A model generated the notes under the pieces. It made no database searches and was not told where the DNA came from. It saw only the letters and a list, made by a program, of their open reading frames with translations. A program made the position numbers and the translations under genes. This document shows positions 1-9,523 of a DNA stretch of 48,611 bases, piece after piece. How positions within the stretch are numbered: the stretch's first letter is position 1; the number at the start of each line of letters is the position of its first letter. Source of the DNA: an uncultured bacterium (GTDB taxonomy: Bacteria; Latescibacterota; Latescibacteria; Latescibacterales; Latescibacteraceae); the NCBI GenBank assembly GCA_964426865.1, contig CAYRTQ010000002.1, forward strand, positions 1 through 48,611. Reading direction: 5' to 3'.

Positions 1-177
1 ATTGCAGATAAGGCCGAAGGACGTCTGCTACTTGAAGCTGAAATGATAGATATTTCTAATTTCAAGGAAATAAAAGATAAGTTCAAAGTAATGAGTGTAC
101 CAGCTGTAATTATCAATGATGAAAAGTTATACTTTGGTGCTAAGAAAATTGATGAGATAATTGTTCAGACAGGAAAA
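1..177 (+). CDS. Partial thioredoxin-fold fragment (AhpF N-terminal-domain-like / glutaredoxin-like), open at the window edge and cut at the composition break near nt 177
   Basis: Frame 1 from nt 1 reads IADKAEGRLLLEAEMIDISNFKEIKDKFKVMSVPAVIINDEKLYFGAKKIDEIIVQ. The VMSVPAV..N...FG...EII pattern matches the end of the AhpF N-terminal domain as I recall it from E. coli ([26 protein letters not shown]). The segment is AT-rich, unlike everything downstream. ORF-track entry 43..1590 continues only because it reads antisense through GC-rich recJ. Confidence 0.45.
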
Positions 178-1575
178 ATCGATTTCCGAGTCGATGGTGA
201 CACTCGGCGCCGGAATGCCGTCGGGAAGGTCGCGGCTCAGGATTTCCCCGAAACGGTTCTTGAAATCCTCGATCCGGTTGGCCTTGATGGAGAGTCCCGC
301 GGCGTACTTGTGGCCGCCGTAGGTGTCGAGAATGCTTTCGCACTCGCTCATGGCCCCGCAGATGTCGAATTCCTTGATGCTCCGCGCGGAGCCTTTTCCC
401 GTCTCGCCCTCGAGCGAAATGAGCACGGTGGGGAGATAGTATTTCTCCACGATGCGGGAAGCGGCGATTCCGATGACCCCCTGGTGCCAGTTCCCGGAAG
501 CCAGAACGATACCCCGGCTCCACGCTTCCTGCCCGAGATCCTGGATCATGCTTTCCGCCTCGGTGTAGACGCGGTCGTTCATTTCACGTCGGACAGCGTT
601 TTCCTTCTCGATCTCGTCGGCGATTTCGAGCGCCCGCATCCAGTTTTCACAGATGAGCAGTTCCACCGTTTTGGAGGCGCTGGAAAGCCGTCCCGGAGCG
701 TTGAGCCGGGGAGCGAGGAGATAGATGATGCTGTTGGAATTGCTGCGTCCCTTCATGGCTCCGGAAATCTCGATGAGCGCGGCGAGTCCGGTATTGGCGG
801 TGTTCCGCATGCGCTCGATCCCGAACCGCGCCAGGACCCGGTTCTCGTCCACCAGCGGAACCACGTCCGCGGCGGTTCCCAGCGCGACCAGATCCAGATC
901 GTCGTACAGGTCGGTGGGGTCCATGTCGGTATCGATGAAGAGAGCCTGAAGGAGTTTGAACATCACTCCCACTCCCGCGAGATCACGGAAGGGATAGCTG
1001 CTGTCGGGGAGTTTGGGGTCCAGCACCGCCATGGCGTCGGGAAGCTGGTTGGCCTGGGGTTCGTGATGGTCGGTGATGATGAAATCGATGCCCTTGCTCC
1101 GGATGTACTCCGCTTCGGCGAAGGCGGTGATTCCCGAGTCCACGCTGATCACCAGCGATACCCCGAGATCGATGGCGCGGTCCACCGCTTCGCGGGAGAC
1201 GCCGTAGCCTTCCTTGAAACGGTCGGGCACGTGATAGCTGACCTTTACTCCGAGATTGCTCATGATACGGTAAAACAACGCGGTCCCGCAGACGCCGTCC
1301 ACATCGTAGTCGCCGAGGATCATGATGTGTTCGCCGGTCTGCATGGCGTGTTTGAGCCGGTGTACAGCCTTGTCCATGTCCTTCATGAGGAACGGATCCC
1401 GCAAGTCGCTGAGGGATGGGCTGATGAAGGCGTTCGCCTCCTGGATGGAGGTGATTCCGCGTATGGCGAGCATCCTCGCGAAATGGGGCGGCATGGGATG
1501 TTCGCGGATGACATTCGCGGCGATGTTCTCTATTTCGTTTCCGGGGAGAACCCAGCGTGGTACCTTTTCAATCAT
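127..1575 (-). CDS. recJ: Single-stranded-DNA-specific exonuclease RecJ, 3' end truncated (homology stops near nt 178)
   Basis: DHH-family motifs occur in order: ILGDYDVDG, LVISVDSG, IITDHH, then DHHA1-type GGHKYAAG. The last ~17 codons (SCLNNYLINFLSTKV) are read out of the AT-rich foreign segment. About 100 aa of a full-length RecJ C-terminus are missing. Confidence 0.88.
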   Translation of the reverse strand: MIEKVPRWVLPGNEIENIAANVIREHPMPPHFARMLAIRGITSIQEANAFISPSLSDLRDPFLMKDMDKAVHRLKHAMQTGEHIMILGDYDVDGVCGTALFYRIMSNLGVKVSYHVPDRFKEGYGVSREAVDRAIDLGVSLVISVDSGITAFAEAEYIRSKGIDFIITDHHEPQANQLPDAMAVLDPKLPDSSYPFRDLAGVGVMFKLLQALFIDTDMDPTDLYDDLDLVALGTAADVVPLVDENRVLARFGIERMRNTANTGLAALIEISGAMKGRSNSNSIIYLLAPRLNAPGRLSSASKTVELLICENWMRALEIADEIEKENAVRREMNDRVYTEAESMIQDLGQEAWSRGIVLASGNWHQGVIGIAASRIVEKYYLPTVLISLEGETGKGSARSIKEFDICGAMSECESILDTYGGHKYAAGLSIKANRIEDFKNRFGEILSRDLPDGIPAPSVTIDSEIDFSCLNNYLINFLSTKV

Positions 1576-1577
1576 AT

Positions 1578-3479
1578 TCAGAATCCATAGTTTAATGTCA
1601 TGCTGATGTAGTTCCTGATTTGCGGGGAGCTCTCGAGCGTCTCCCGTATGATGCGCTTGCAGCCGATGACAAAAGCCCGGCTTTCAATGCGCTCGCCCTC
1701 GAACAGGCGGATATCCATTCCATAGGTTTGATCCACTTCCCTCCGCTCGATGGCTCTCCGCTCCACGGAACGGTCCTTCCGAATGGCGTACACGTACTGG
1801 GGAACGAAAACCACCCATCGGGAGAAGGTATACCGCACCGAAAGGTCCAGAAATCTCCGGATGCCTTCCTCGACCGGAATCTTGCTGCCGTTCGTGTTCA
1901 GCCTCCCATAGTCGTTCTCCTCGAACATCACTCCGGCGATCACCCGGGTGGCGTCCGAAAGATCGCCGTTCACCCAAGTTTCGGAGGAGACTCTCCGGGT
2001 GATCGTGCTCCTTGGCGACACGCCCCGGTCGAAATCGAAGTCGATGTAATCCGCTTGCAGACCCACTTCGTGACGAATCCGCACCGCTGGGTTTGGAACA
2101 AAATGGAAGGAGGGCGCGAGCACATATGTCCGCATCCATTTGTTCTGCGAGGACTGAGTCACATCGATGTTCACATAATGCGTTTCCAGCATCCGAAAGT
2201 CAAGACCGGTGTTGAAATTATCCGTCCACCGTCGGGAGTATTTCACCCCGCTCTCGATTTTCAGTTCGTCACGGTCGTTATGCACCTCGACCGGCGTATC
2301 TATCCGCGTGCGCTTGATCCATCCCACCACCGCGATGCTGTCCGAATCGCCGGGTATGAATGTCAATTCCCCACGGCTGGAAACATCGGTCTGGGTGCGG
2401 GAACGTATGGCTCGCTGGACATTATTCTCGTTGCGATTGTACCCGGACTCCACTTTCCCGAACAGGAACCGTCCGAGAGGCCGTGAATACCGCAGGGTGA
2501 TATCCCGGATATTCCCATTCGAGTTCGTGTGGTACTTGGACGAACTGGGATCCTTGTCGTTCGCCGAATCGGTGATGCGCCGGTTCCCCAGATTCATGGA
2601 GAGATCGAAGGCCGAGGATTCCCGGCTCATTTCCACTCCACGGGAAACGCGTACGGTCAGGTCCTGATCGGTTGTGGCGCGTTCCTCGATGTCCTTGCGT
2701 TCCGTCTCGCCGGTTTCGCTGCGGGATTCGGCGAAATATCCCCGCGATGTACGGTTGTCGCTGAATTCCAGGGATACTCTCGCCAGGGAATGCGAGTACG
2801 CCATCTGTCCGCGCACCTGGGTGGTGTCGTTGGTGCGCCGCAGGTTGGAGGTTCCCCCCCGTACGCTCACCTGCGCGGAGAGATTACGAAGGCCCCCCTT
2901 CGGCTGCCAGAGATACCGCCCATCACCTGATACCGTGGTGCCGCTGTCCCGGTTCTCGAACCGCTCGTCACGGACCTGCCCGATGTTTCCGTTCAGATCG
3001 AGCCCGTCGAAAGGCCGGTAATTGATCGTACTCCCCGCATCGGCGGTCAGAAAGGAATTCCCCGCGCTGTCCATGGAATCACGGTTCCACTCTTCGCGCA
3101 GGTTCAGACTCAATCCGAGACGGTCGGAATACCGGTAATCCAGCTTGGTCCGGTTGTATATCCGGTCGAACCAGCGGTCCGCCATGCTCGACCCGGTGGT
3201 CATGCTGAGACTGGTGGTCAGATCGCTGCCGTAATTCAGCTTCAGGTTCGGACGGTATTGAAACGCGCCCTCCGTGCGGTTCTGCCAGGTGAGAAGCCGG
3301 TCATTCCGCTCGAACAGCACGACTCCCTGGTGATTCTCCGCCCGGGAAGGCGCGGAGAACGTCAATACGGGCAGCAGGGCAAGGAAAACCGTGGTGAACC
3401 GGCGTCTCGCTCCGGCAACATGATCGGGGCTTCGGGCGTTTTCACCGTTCCCGCGGGGGTATGAGCGGCGTCGCGTCAT
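1578..3479 (-). CDS. Outer-membrane beta-barrel protein, family not recognised
   Basis: Start taken at the internal Met (MTRRRSYP..), ahead of a signal-like RRRFTTVFLALLPVLTFSAPSRAE. The body is Y/R/N/D/S/T-rich with an alternating strand-like pattern. It ends ..MTLNYGF, the terminal aromatic typical of BAM substrates. The stop lies 2 nt from the recJ start. Confidence 0.6.
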   Translation of the reverse strand: MTRRRSYPRGNGENARSPDHVAGARRRFTTVFLALLPVLTFSAPSRAENHQGVVLFERNDRLLTWQNRTEGAFQYRPNLKLNYGSDLTTSLSMTTGSSMADRWFDRIYNRTKLDYRYSDRLGLSLNLREEWNRDSMDSAGNSFLTADAGSTINYRPFDGLDLNGNIGQVRDERFENRDSGTTVSGDGRYLWQPKGGLRNLSAQVSVRGGTSNLRRTNDTTQVRGQMAYSHSLARVSLEFSDNRTSRGYFAESRSETGETERKDIEERATTDQDLTVRVSRGVEMSRESSAFDLSMNLGNRRITDSANDKDPSSSKYHTNSNGNIRDITLRYSRPLGRFLFGKVESGYNRNENNVQRAIRSRTQTDVSSRGELTFIPGDSDSIAVVGWIKRTRIDTPVEVHNDRDELKIESGVKYSRRWTDNFNTGLDFRMLETHYVNIDVTQSSQNKWMRTYVLAPSFHFVPNPAVRIRHEVGLQADYIDFDFDRGVSPRSTITRRVSSETWVNGDLSDATRVIAGVMFEENDYGRLNTNGSKIPVEEGIRRFLDLSVRYTFSRWVVFVPQYVYAIRKDRSVERRAIERREVDQTYGMDIRLFEGERIESRAFVIGCKRIIRETLESSPQIRNYISMTLNYGF

Positions 3480-3725
3480 TCCATGGAGAAGCGGCAGAAG
3501 TGATTGGGAAACGAAATCCATGAGCCGTTGACATCCTCTGCGGCGCCCCTCCGGGGAAGAAAGTGCCTGAAATCCGAAACGCCAGAGTGGCAAAACGCCG
3601 AGTCGCGTCGGATCTTGCACCGGTGATAAAACGGGAATTCTCGTGGTGCAACTTGCCTGCTTCTGTTACCGCCCGCCTTCTTTCCTTTCCTTGCGCTTTC
3701 GCGAGAGATATTCCTTCTTCTCTCC

Positions 3726-4589
3726 TCACCCCTCCGAGCCTTCGCGCGAAACGAGTTTTTCGGAGCGTTCCGCCGCGAGATTGCTGAGCCGCGCGAACTC
3801 CTCCACGCCCAGGTTTTCCGGGCGAAGATCGGGGCGTACACCGGCTTCGTCCATGAGCGCCGCGGCTTCCCCCTCGCTGAAACCCCGCGAGACGAGGTAG
3901 GGGATGACGGTGTTCCGCACCATCTTCCGGCGCTGGCGAAAGGCCGCGCCGGTGAGTTCCCGGAATGTCCCCCCGTCGAGAAGCGGATGGAGACACTCGT
4001 CCTCGAAATCGATGCGTACCACGCTCGACATCACTTCGGGCGGCGGGTCGAACGATCCCGGTTTCACATCCATCATACGCGCGGTACGGGCGCACAATCC
4101 CAGATTCACCGTGGGAAGGCCGTACTCTTTCGAGCCGGGCGAGGCGGTCAGCCGAAGGGCGACCTCCTTCTGCACCATGAGCACCGCCCGCGAAATGATC
4201 CGACGGTAGCGGATGAGCATCTCGACAATGGGGCCGGAGATGTTGTACGGGATGTTGGAGATTACCTTGATCTTCCCGGAACCATCCCGGAACAATTCTT
4301 CCAGGTCAACCGCGAGAATGTCGCTCTCCACCAGCCGGAATCCGGGCATGCCGCCGAACCGTTCCCGGAGATGATCGATGAGATCGCGGTCGATCTCCAC
4401 CGCGGTCACCCGAGGGGTGCGGGCGAGCAGCCGCTCGGTGAGAATTCCCCGTCCCGGGCCGATTTCGAGCACCCGGTCTTCCGGGGTGATCTCGCCGAAT
4501 TCGGCAACCTGGTCCGCGATCCGGGCGTTTGCAAGAAAGTGCTGGCCGAAGCGCTTTTTCTTCCGGAATCTGTTTTCGGGTGGAGTCAT
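3726..4589 (-). CDS. rsmA: 16S rRNA (adenine1518/1519-N6)-dimethyltransferase RsmA/KsgA
   Basis: FGQHFL near the N-terminus, SAM motif VLEIGPGRGILT, and the NIPYNIS motif. Confidence 0.9.
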   Translation of the reverse strand: MTPPENRFRKKKRFGQHFLANARIADQVAEFGEITPEDRVLEIGPGRGILTERLLARTPRVTAVEIDRDLIDHLRERFGGMPGFRLVESDILAVDLEELFRDGSGKIKVISNIPYNISGPIVEMLIRYRRIISRAVLMVQKEVALRLTASPGSKEYGLPTVNLGLCARTARMMDVKPGSFDPPPEVMSSVVRIDFEDECLHPLLDGGTFRELTGAAFRQRRKMVRNTVIPYLVSRGFSEGEAAALMDEAGVRPDLRPENLGVEEFARLSNLAAERSEKLVSREGSEG

Positions 4590-5357
4590 CTATTCGCCGA
4601 TACCGAAAAGGCGCCGGGCATTCTCTCCGGTGGCCGCGATGATCGCCTCACGATCCAGGCCCTTGATCTCCGCCAGTTTGTCCGCGATTTCCGCTACATA
4701 CGCCGGCTCGTTACGGCTCCCCCGGTGCGTCCGGGGAGAGAGGAACGGCGAATCGGTTTCCAGCAGGATGCGTTCCAGCGGCACGCTTCGGGCGACCTCC
4801 ACCCGGTCCGATTTTTTGTAGGTCAGGGGGCCGGTGAACCCGATATGGAACCCCATCTCCACCAGCCGCTCCGCCAGTTCGACCGAACCGCCGAAACTGT
4901 GGAACACCCCGCGCAATCCCCGGAAGCGTTCCGCTCCGGTCTCTTCGATTCCCTCATATCCCACGTTCCGGAAGTGGATGATGACCGGGAAATCCATTCC
5001 CTGCGCCAGATCGAGATGTTCGCGGAACAAGCGTATCTGCACCTCCCGGGGCGCGTAATCGCGATAATAATCCAGTCCCGTTTCCCCGATAGCGACCACT
5101 TTGGGCTGCGCCGCGAGACGCCGTATACCGTCCATGCCCGCGAACTCGTCACGGGCGGACTCGTTGGGATGGACGCCCGCCGCGGCGTATATCATTTCGT
5201 ACCGTCCGGCGAGATCGACAGCCGCCCTCGTGGTCCGCTCATCGATGCCCGGCACGATGATATATCGCACCCCGGCCTCTTCCGCCCGTCGGAGAACATC
5301 CTCGCGGTCCGGGTCGAAGTCTTCGAAATCCAGATGGGCGTGGGTATCGACCAGCAC
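4590..5357 (-). CDS. tatD: TatD-family metal-dependent hydrolase/DNase
   Basis: MLVDTHAHLDF (HxH motif), AIGETGLDYY, and ETDSPFL near the C-terminus. It abuts metG and rsmA with no gap. Confidence 0.85.
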   Translation of the reverse strand: MLVDTHAHLDFEDFDPDREDVLRRAEEAGVRYIIVPGIDERTTRAAVDLAGRYEMIYAAAGVHPNESARDEFAGMDGIRRLAAQPKVVAIGETGLDYYRDYAPREVQIRLFREHLDLAQGMDFPVIIHFRNVGYEGIEETGAERFRGLRGVFHSFGGSVELAERLVEMGFHIGFTGPLTYKKSDRVEVARSVPLERILLETDSPFLSPRTHRGSRNEPAYVAEIADKLAEIKGLDREAIIAATGENARRLFGIGE

Positions 5358-7304
5358 TCAGCTCACCCGCGTTCCCGGAGAGACCTCGCCGGTCGGGCGC
5401 AGGACGAAAAGGTTTTCGCCGGTGTGCGCCGCGAGCACCATTCCCTGGGACATTTCTCCCATCATCTTGCGGGGTTTCAGGTTGGCCACGAACACCACCT
5501 GCTTTCCAATCAGGTCTTCGGGGACGACATGCTGCGCGATACCCGCCAGAATGACCCGTCCGCCCATGCCGTCGTCGATGTGAAGCCGCATGAGCTTGTT
5601 CGAGCCTTTCACCGGTTCTGCCTGCTCTACCGTCCCGACCCGGATGTCCACTTTACGGAACTCCTCGATATCGATGATCTCTTCCTGCGGAGCGGTTTCC
5701 GCAACGGGTGCGGGGGCGGCGGCTTCCTTCGGCTCGGGTTTCTGTTCATCCATGAGAGCGGGTTTTTCCTCCTGTGGCTTGCCTTCAATTCTCGGGAAAA
5801 GGGCGGCCCCCTTCTCGATACGGACTCCCTTCGGCGCCGCGGGCACGACGGAATTCTCGTCCAGACGGACATCGGTCACCTCGCCGGGAAGGGAAAGTCC
5901 CTTCCACAGAGCGTCCGCGGTTCCGGGCATATAGGGCTGGAGAAGCGTCGCCACTCCCGCGGCGGCGCAGGCCAGGTCATAGAGCACATCGGCCAGTTCG
6001 CCGTGACGGGCGGGATCTTTCGCCAGATTCCAGGGGGCGCTTTCCTCCACCCGGCGGTTCGCGGCGCGGACCATCTCCCAGAGAATGTCGCAGGCTCCGG
6101 AAAGATTGAGATCCTCCATGCAGGCGATCCACCGTCGAACGGTGTCCGGGTAGAGATGGGAAACCGCGTTTACGGGCAGCGCGGCGCTCTCGGGGAGCGC
6201 GCCCTGGAAATACCGTCCGATCATGGAAACCACGCGGCTGAAAAGATTCCCCAGATCATTGGCGAGATCGCTGTTATATCGTTCGATGAACCGCTCGAAC
6301 GTGAAATCCCCGTCGCCGCCGAACACCACCTCCCGCAGGAGGAAATACCGCAACGGATCGGGTCCGAAACGATCCGCGACCTCCAGCGGGGAAACCACGT
6401 TGCCCAGGCTCTTGGACATCTTCTCGCCGCGATGGTAGATGAAACCGTGGCCGAAGACGGAGCGGGGCAGCGGCTCGCCGGCGCTCATGAGCATGGCGGG
6501 CCAGATGACGCAGTGGAAGCGGGTGATATCCTTCCCGATGACATGGAGGTCGGCGGGCCAGTACTTCTCCACCAGAGAGGAGTCGGGGCCGCCATAGCCG
6601 AGCGAGGAGAGATAGTTGATGAGCGCGTCGAACCACACGTACACCACGTGGCCCGGATCTTCCGGAAGCGGGATGCCCCAGTCAAAACCCGAGCGTGAAA
6701 CGCTGATGTCCTCCAGCCCGCCCTCGATGAGCCGTACGATCTCGTTACGGCGCGATTCGGGGCGAATGAACTCCGGATGGGCGGCGATATGCTCCAGCAG
6801 ACGGGGCGCGTACTTGGAAAGGCGGAAGAAGTAGTTCCGTTCCTCGATCCATTTGGGCGGCGTCCGGTGATTGGGGCAGAGGCCCTCCACCAGGTCCTTT
6901 TCCTGGATGAACGCCTCGCAGCCCTCGCAGTACCAGCCCCGGTAGACGTCCGAATAAATATCTCCGGCGGCCTGAATCCGACGGAACATCTCCGTGACCC
7001 CGGTGATGTGACGAGGCTCCGTGGTGCGGATGAAATCCGTGTTGGAGATGTCGAGCTTCCTCCAGATATCCTGGAACCGGGGGGCCATGAGGTCGCAGTA
7101 GGACTGGGGGTCCATGCCGTTTTCCTCGGCCTTGCGCTTCACGTTTATGGAGTGTTCGTCGGTGCCCATGCAGAACCGGACGTCATATCCGAGCAGACGA
7201 CGGGAGCGGGCGATGCAGTCCGCCGCGATCTTCTCGTAGGCGGTGCCGATATGGGGAAGGCTGTTGACATAATCTATAGCGGTGGTGATATAGAATTTTT
7301 TCAT
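5358..7304 (-). CDS. metG: Methionine--tRNA ligase with C-terminal tRNA-binding (EMAP/Trbp111-like) domain
   Basis: HIGH-region SLPHIGTAYE, the KMSKS motif (GEKMSKSLGN), and a Cys knuckle CEGCEAF..CPNH. The C-terminal domain reads DIRVGTVEQAEPV..KLMRL..VANLKPRKMMG. Confidence 0.95.
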   Translation of the reverse strand: MKKFYITTAIDYVNSLPHIGTAYEKIAADCIARSRRLLGYDVRFCMGTDEHSINVKRKAEENGMDPQSYCDLMAPRFQDIWRKLDISNTDFIRTTEPRHITGVTEMFRRIQAAGDIYSDVYRGWYCEGCEAFIQEKDLVEGLCPNHRTPPKWIEERNYFFRLSKYAPRLLEHIAAHPEFIRPESRRNEIVRLIEGGLEDISVSRSGFDWGIPLPEDPGHVVYVWFDALINYLSSLGYGGPDSSLVEKYWPADLHVIGKDITRFHCVIWPAMLMSAGEPLPRSVFGHGFIYHRGEKMSKSLGNVVSPLEVADRFGPDPLRYFLLREVVFGGDGDFTFERFIERYNSDLANDLGNLFSRVVSMIGRYFQGALPESAALPVNAVSHLYPDTVRRWIACMEDLNLSGACDILWEMVRAANRRVEESAPWNLAKDPARHGELADVLYDLACAAAGVATLLQPYMPGTADALWKGLSLPGEVTDVRLDENSVVPAAPKGVRIEKGAALFPRIEGKPQEEKPALMDEQKPEPKEAAAPAPVAETAPQEEIIDIEEFRKVDIRVGTVEQAEPVKGSNKLMRLHIDDGMGGRVILAGIAQHVVPEDLIGKQVVFVANLKPRKMMGEMSQGMVLAAHTGENLFVLRPTGEVSPGTRVS

Positions 7305-8263
7305 TCCGTGGTGGCCTCGATATCGTCTCTATTTGTTTCCGTCACAGGGCTGTCTTGCGGTTTTCCACAGGTTTTTTCCCCCTTTGCGTGGCACTTGCCG
7401 CATCTCCCCTCGGAAGGCGAAGCGGCGAACTTGATCACCGTGTACGCCGTGAATTCTCCCATGCCCAGGTTGATTTCCGTCTTGTCGCCGTTACTGATGG
7501 TGAAGAAATCATTGTCCACTTTCATCACCTCGAACCGGCGTCCGTCCTTCTCCAGAATCATGCCTTTCTCCGGAACCGCGGCGGTCCGGAGTTTGTAGAA
7601 ATTTTCCTCGAACGCCAGGCAGCACATGAGCCGTCCGCAGAGTCCGCTGATTTTGGAGGGACTCAGGCTCAGATTCTGGTCACGGGCCATCTGGCTGGTA
7701 ATGGGCTCGAACTGGCCGAGGAAGGTCTTACAGCAGAGCGCCCGTCCACAGACGCCGATTCCGCCGAGACGGCGAGCCTCGTCGCGGACGCCGATCTGGC
7801 GCAGCTCGATACGGGTGCGGTACTCGGCGGCGAGATCTTTCACCAGGGCGCGGAAATCGATGCGCTTGTCCGCGGTGAAATAGAAACAGATCTTGTTGCC
7901 GTCGAACTGGTACTCCACATCCACAAGTTTCATCTTAAGATCGTGCGCTCCGATCTTCCGGAGTCCGACCTCGAACGCCTCATCCTCCTTGTGGCGGTTG
8001 TCCACCATGATTTCCACGTCGGTATAGGACGCGATGCGAAGGATGTTCTTCAGCTCCTTGACCTGGGGAAACTGGGAGCGGGGAGCGGAGCGGACAAACC
8101 GCCCTATGTGTTCCCCCCGGTCCGCCTGGACAATGACAAAATCCGACATCTTCGGGGCAATATTCTCGGGGCAGAGGAAATAATCCCTCCTGCTCCCCTT
8201 GAATTCCACCTCGTAGATGACCGGGTCCGGCGCGAGATCGGTGTTTTTATCGGTAAGTGTCAT
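7301..8263 (-). CDS. ricT: PSP1-domain protein, RicT/YaaT family
   Basis: PSP1 C-terminal domain with the two conserved Cys clusters GVCGRALCCKTF and GLCGRLMCCLAFE. It has an extra C-terminal tail with CGKCH..C. It overlaps the metG start by 4 nt and sits next to holB as in Bacillus. Confidence 0.8.
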   Translation of the reverse strand: MTLTDKNTDLAPDPVIYEVEFKGSRRDYFLCPENIAPKMSDFVIVQADRGEHIGRFVRSAPRSQFPQVKELKNILRIASYTDVEIMVDNRHKEDEAFEVGLRKIGAHDLKMKLVDVEYQFDGNKICFYFTADKRIDFRALVKDLAAEYRTRIELRQIGVRDEARRLGGIGVCGRALCCKTFLGQFEPITSQMARDQNLSLSPSKISGLCGRLMCCLAFEENFYKLRTAAVPEKGMILEKDGRRFEVMKVDNDFFTISNGDKTEINLGMGEFTAYTVIKFAASPSEGRCGKCHAKGEKTCGKPQDSPVTETNRDDIEATTE

Positions 8264-9323
8264 GAATTTCGTATAAGAGTTTTGTCATTATCATGGAAAT
8301 ATTCACGTTACGGTTGAGCATCTCCAGCCCTTTTTCGAGACTCGCCGCAAGCTTGGTCAGCGAGTCGATATCGGTGGAGTCCGCCAATCGCCGTATCGAT
8401 TCGATCCGCCCCTCATCCTCCGGTCCGAGACCGCATTTCCATTCCGCTACCGAGCGGGTGAGGAGGGTGAAGCCGGTAATGAGTTCCTCCGCGTCGAGAA
8501 CATCCTTCGATCCCAGGAAAGATGCGGCATGGGCGACCACGGCGTCCGCTCCGCCCAGCGCGGTTTTCTCGTAGAGATCCCGGGACACGGCGCGGATATC
8601 CTCCCGTCGCTCGAACGCGAACGCCTTCGCGGCCTTGATGCTTCCCTCGCCCAAACGGGCGCAGGCCAAGCGCTTCTCCGGGGTGAGTTCGGGATGGCGT
8701 CCGAGCCAATCCGCGATCTCCGTGACCCTTAAACGCCGAAACCGCAGGACGGATGCACGCGATACGATGGTCGGAAGAACGGAGGACACCCGTTCCGCGG
8801 TAAGAATGAAATGCACCCCTTCCGGCGGCTCCTCCAGCGTTTTCAGGAGCGCATTGGCCGTCTTGGGATTGAGCCGGTCGGCGGAAAGGATGACGCATAC
8901 CTTGCGGCCACCCTCCAGGGAGCTTTCCAGAAGACGCTCCCGCGCTTCGACGACCTGGTAGGTCACGATCTGACGCCCCTTTTCGTACACGACCGGGGCA
9001 TAGGGTTCGGCCAGAATCTGTTTCTGACGCGCCAGTTCCTCGAACCACTCGCCGTCGTTCGATTCCGGCTTGGCCCGGAACGGGAATAAAATATGGAGGT
9101 CGGGATGCTCCAGACGCGCGGCGCGGATGCATGGCGCACACTGCGAACACCCGGAAGCCGGTCCGTTCTGGCAGAGGAGCATGCGGGCGAGTTCAAGCGC
9201 CGTTTCTCCCTTGCCCACGCCCCACGGCCCGGCGAACAGCAGGGCATGGGGCGTCCGCCCCGATTCCAGCATGGATCGGAGCGATTCCTTTACCCTTTCC
9301 TGGCCGACAATATGCTCGAACAC
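8247..9323 (-). CDS. holB: DNA polymerase III subunit delta prime
   Basis: Clamp-loader AAA+ N-terminus HALLFAGPWGVGKGETA, the Cys cluster C..CxxC (CSQCAPC), and IVSRASVLRF (an SRC-like motif). Confidence 0.85.
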   Translation of the reverse strand: MFEHIVGQERVKESLRSMLESGRTPHALLFAGPWGVGKGETALELARMLLCQNGPASGCSQCAPCIRAARLEHPDLHILFPFRAKPESNDGEWFEELARQKQILAEPYAPVVYEKGRQIVTYQVVEARERLLESSLEGGRKVCVILSADRLNPKTANALLKTLEEPPEGVHFILTAERVSSVLPTIVSRASVLRFRRLRVTEIADWLGRHPELTPEKRLACARLGEGSIKAAKAFAFERREDIRAVSRDLYEKTALGGADAVVAHAASFLGSKDVLDAEELITGFTLLTRSVAEWKCGLGPEDEGRIESIRRLADSTDIDSLTKLAASLEKGLEMLNRNVNISMIMTKLLYEIHDTYR

Positions 9324-9456
9324 GCATCCTCCGGAAACGCCCCCGGCTCCTCCCGAGCTCCCAAAGGGGAAAACGCCATGTATATATAACTGATGATGAG
9401 CGCTCCTGTCAAGCGATTATGCCGGACAGTTCATTGACCGTGTAAAGAAACTGAAC

Positions 9457-9487
9457 GAAAAAAAAGGTGACCGTATGAGCGGTCACC
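9457..9487 (-). terminator. Rho-independent terminator of the acidic-protein gene
   Basis: Read on the minus strand: GGTGACCG-CTCATA-CGGTCACC followed by TTTTTTTT. The 8-bp perfect stem occupies 9466-9473/9480-9487, about 37 nt after the stop at 9524. Confidence 0.8.
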
Positions 9488-9523
9488 CGGCGCCGTCACC
9501 AAAGGAGCGCCTTAAACGCAGCA

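Noticed and set aside
3987-6698. 903-aa plus-strand ORF spanning rsmA-tatD-metG
   Set aside because: It is antisense to three genes with clear family motifs. The translation is R/G/H/P/D-rich with no recognisable domain, the typical stop-free shadow frame of GC-rich DNA.
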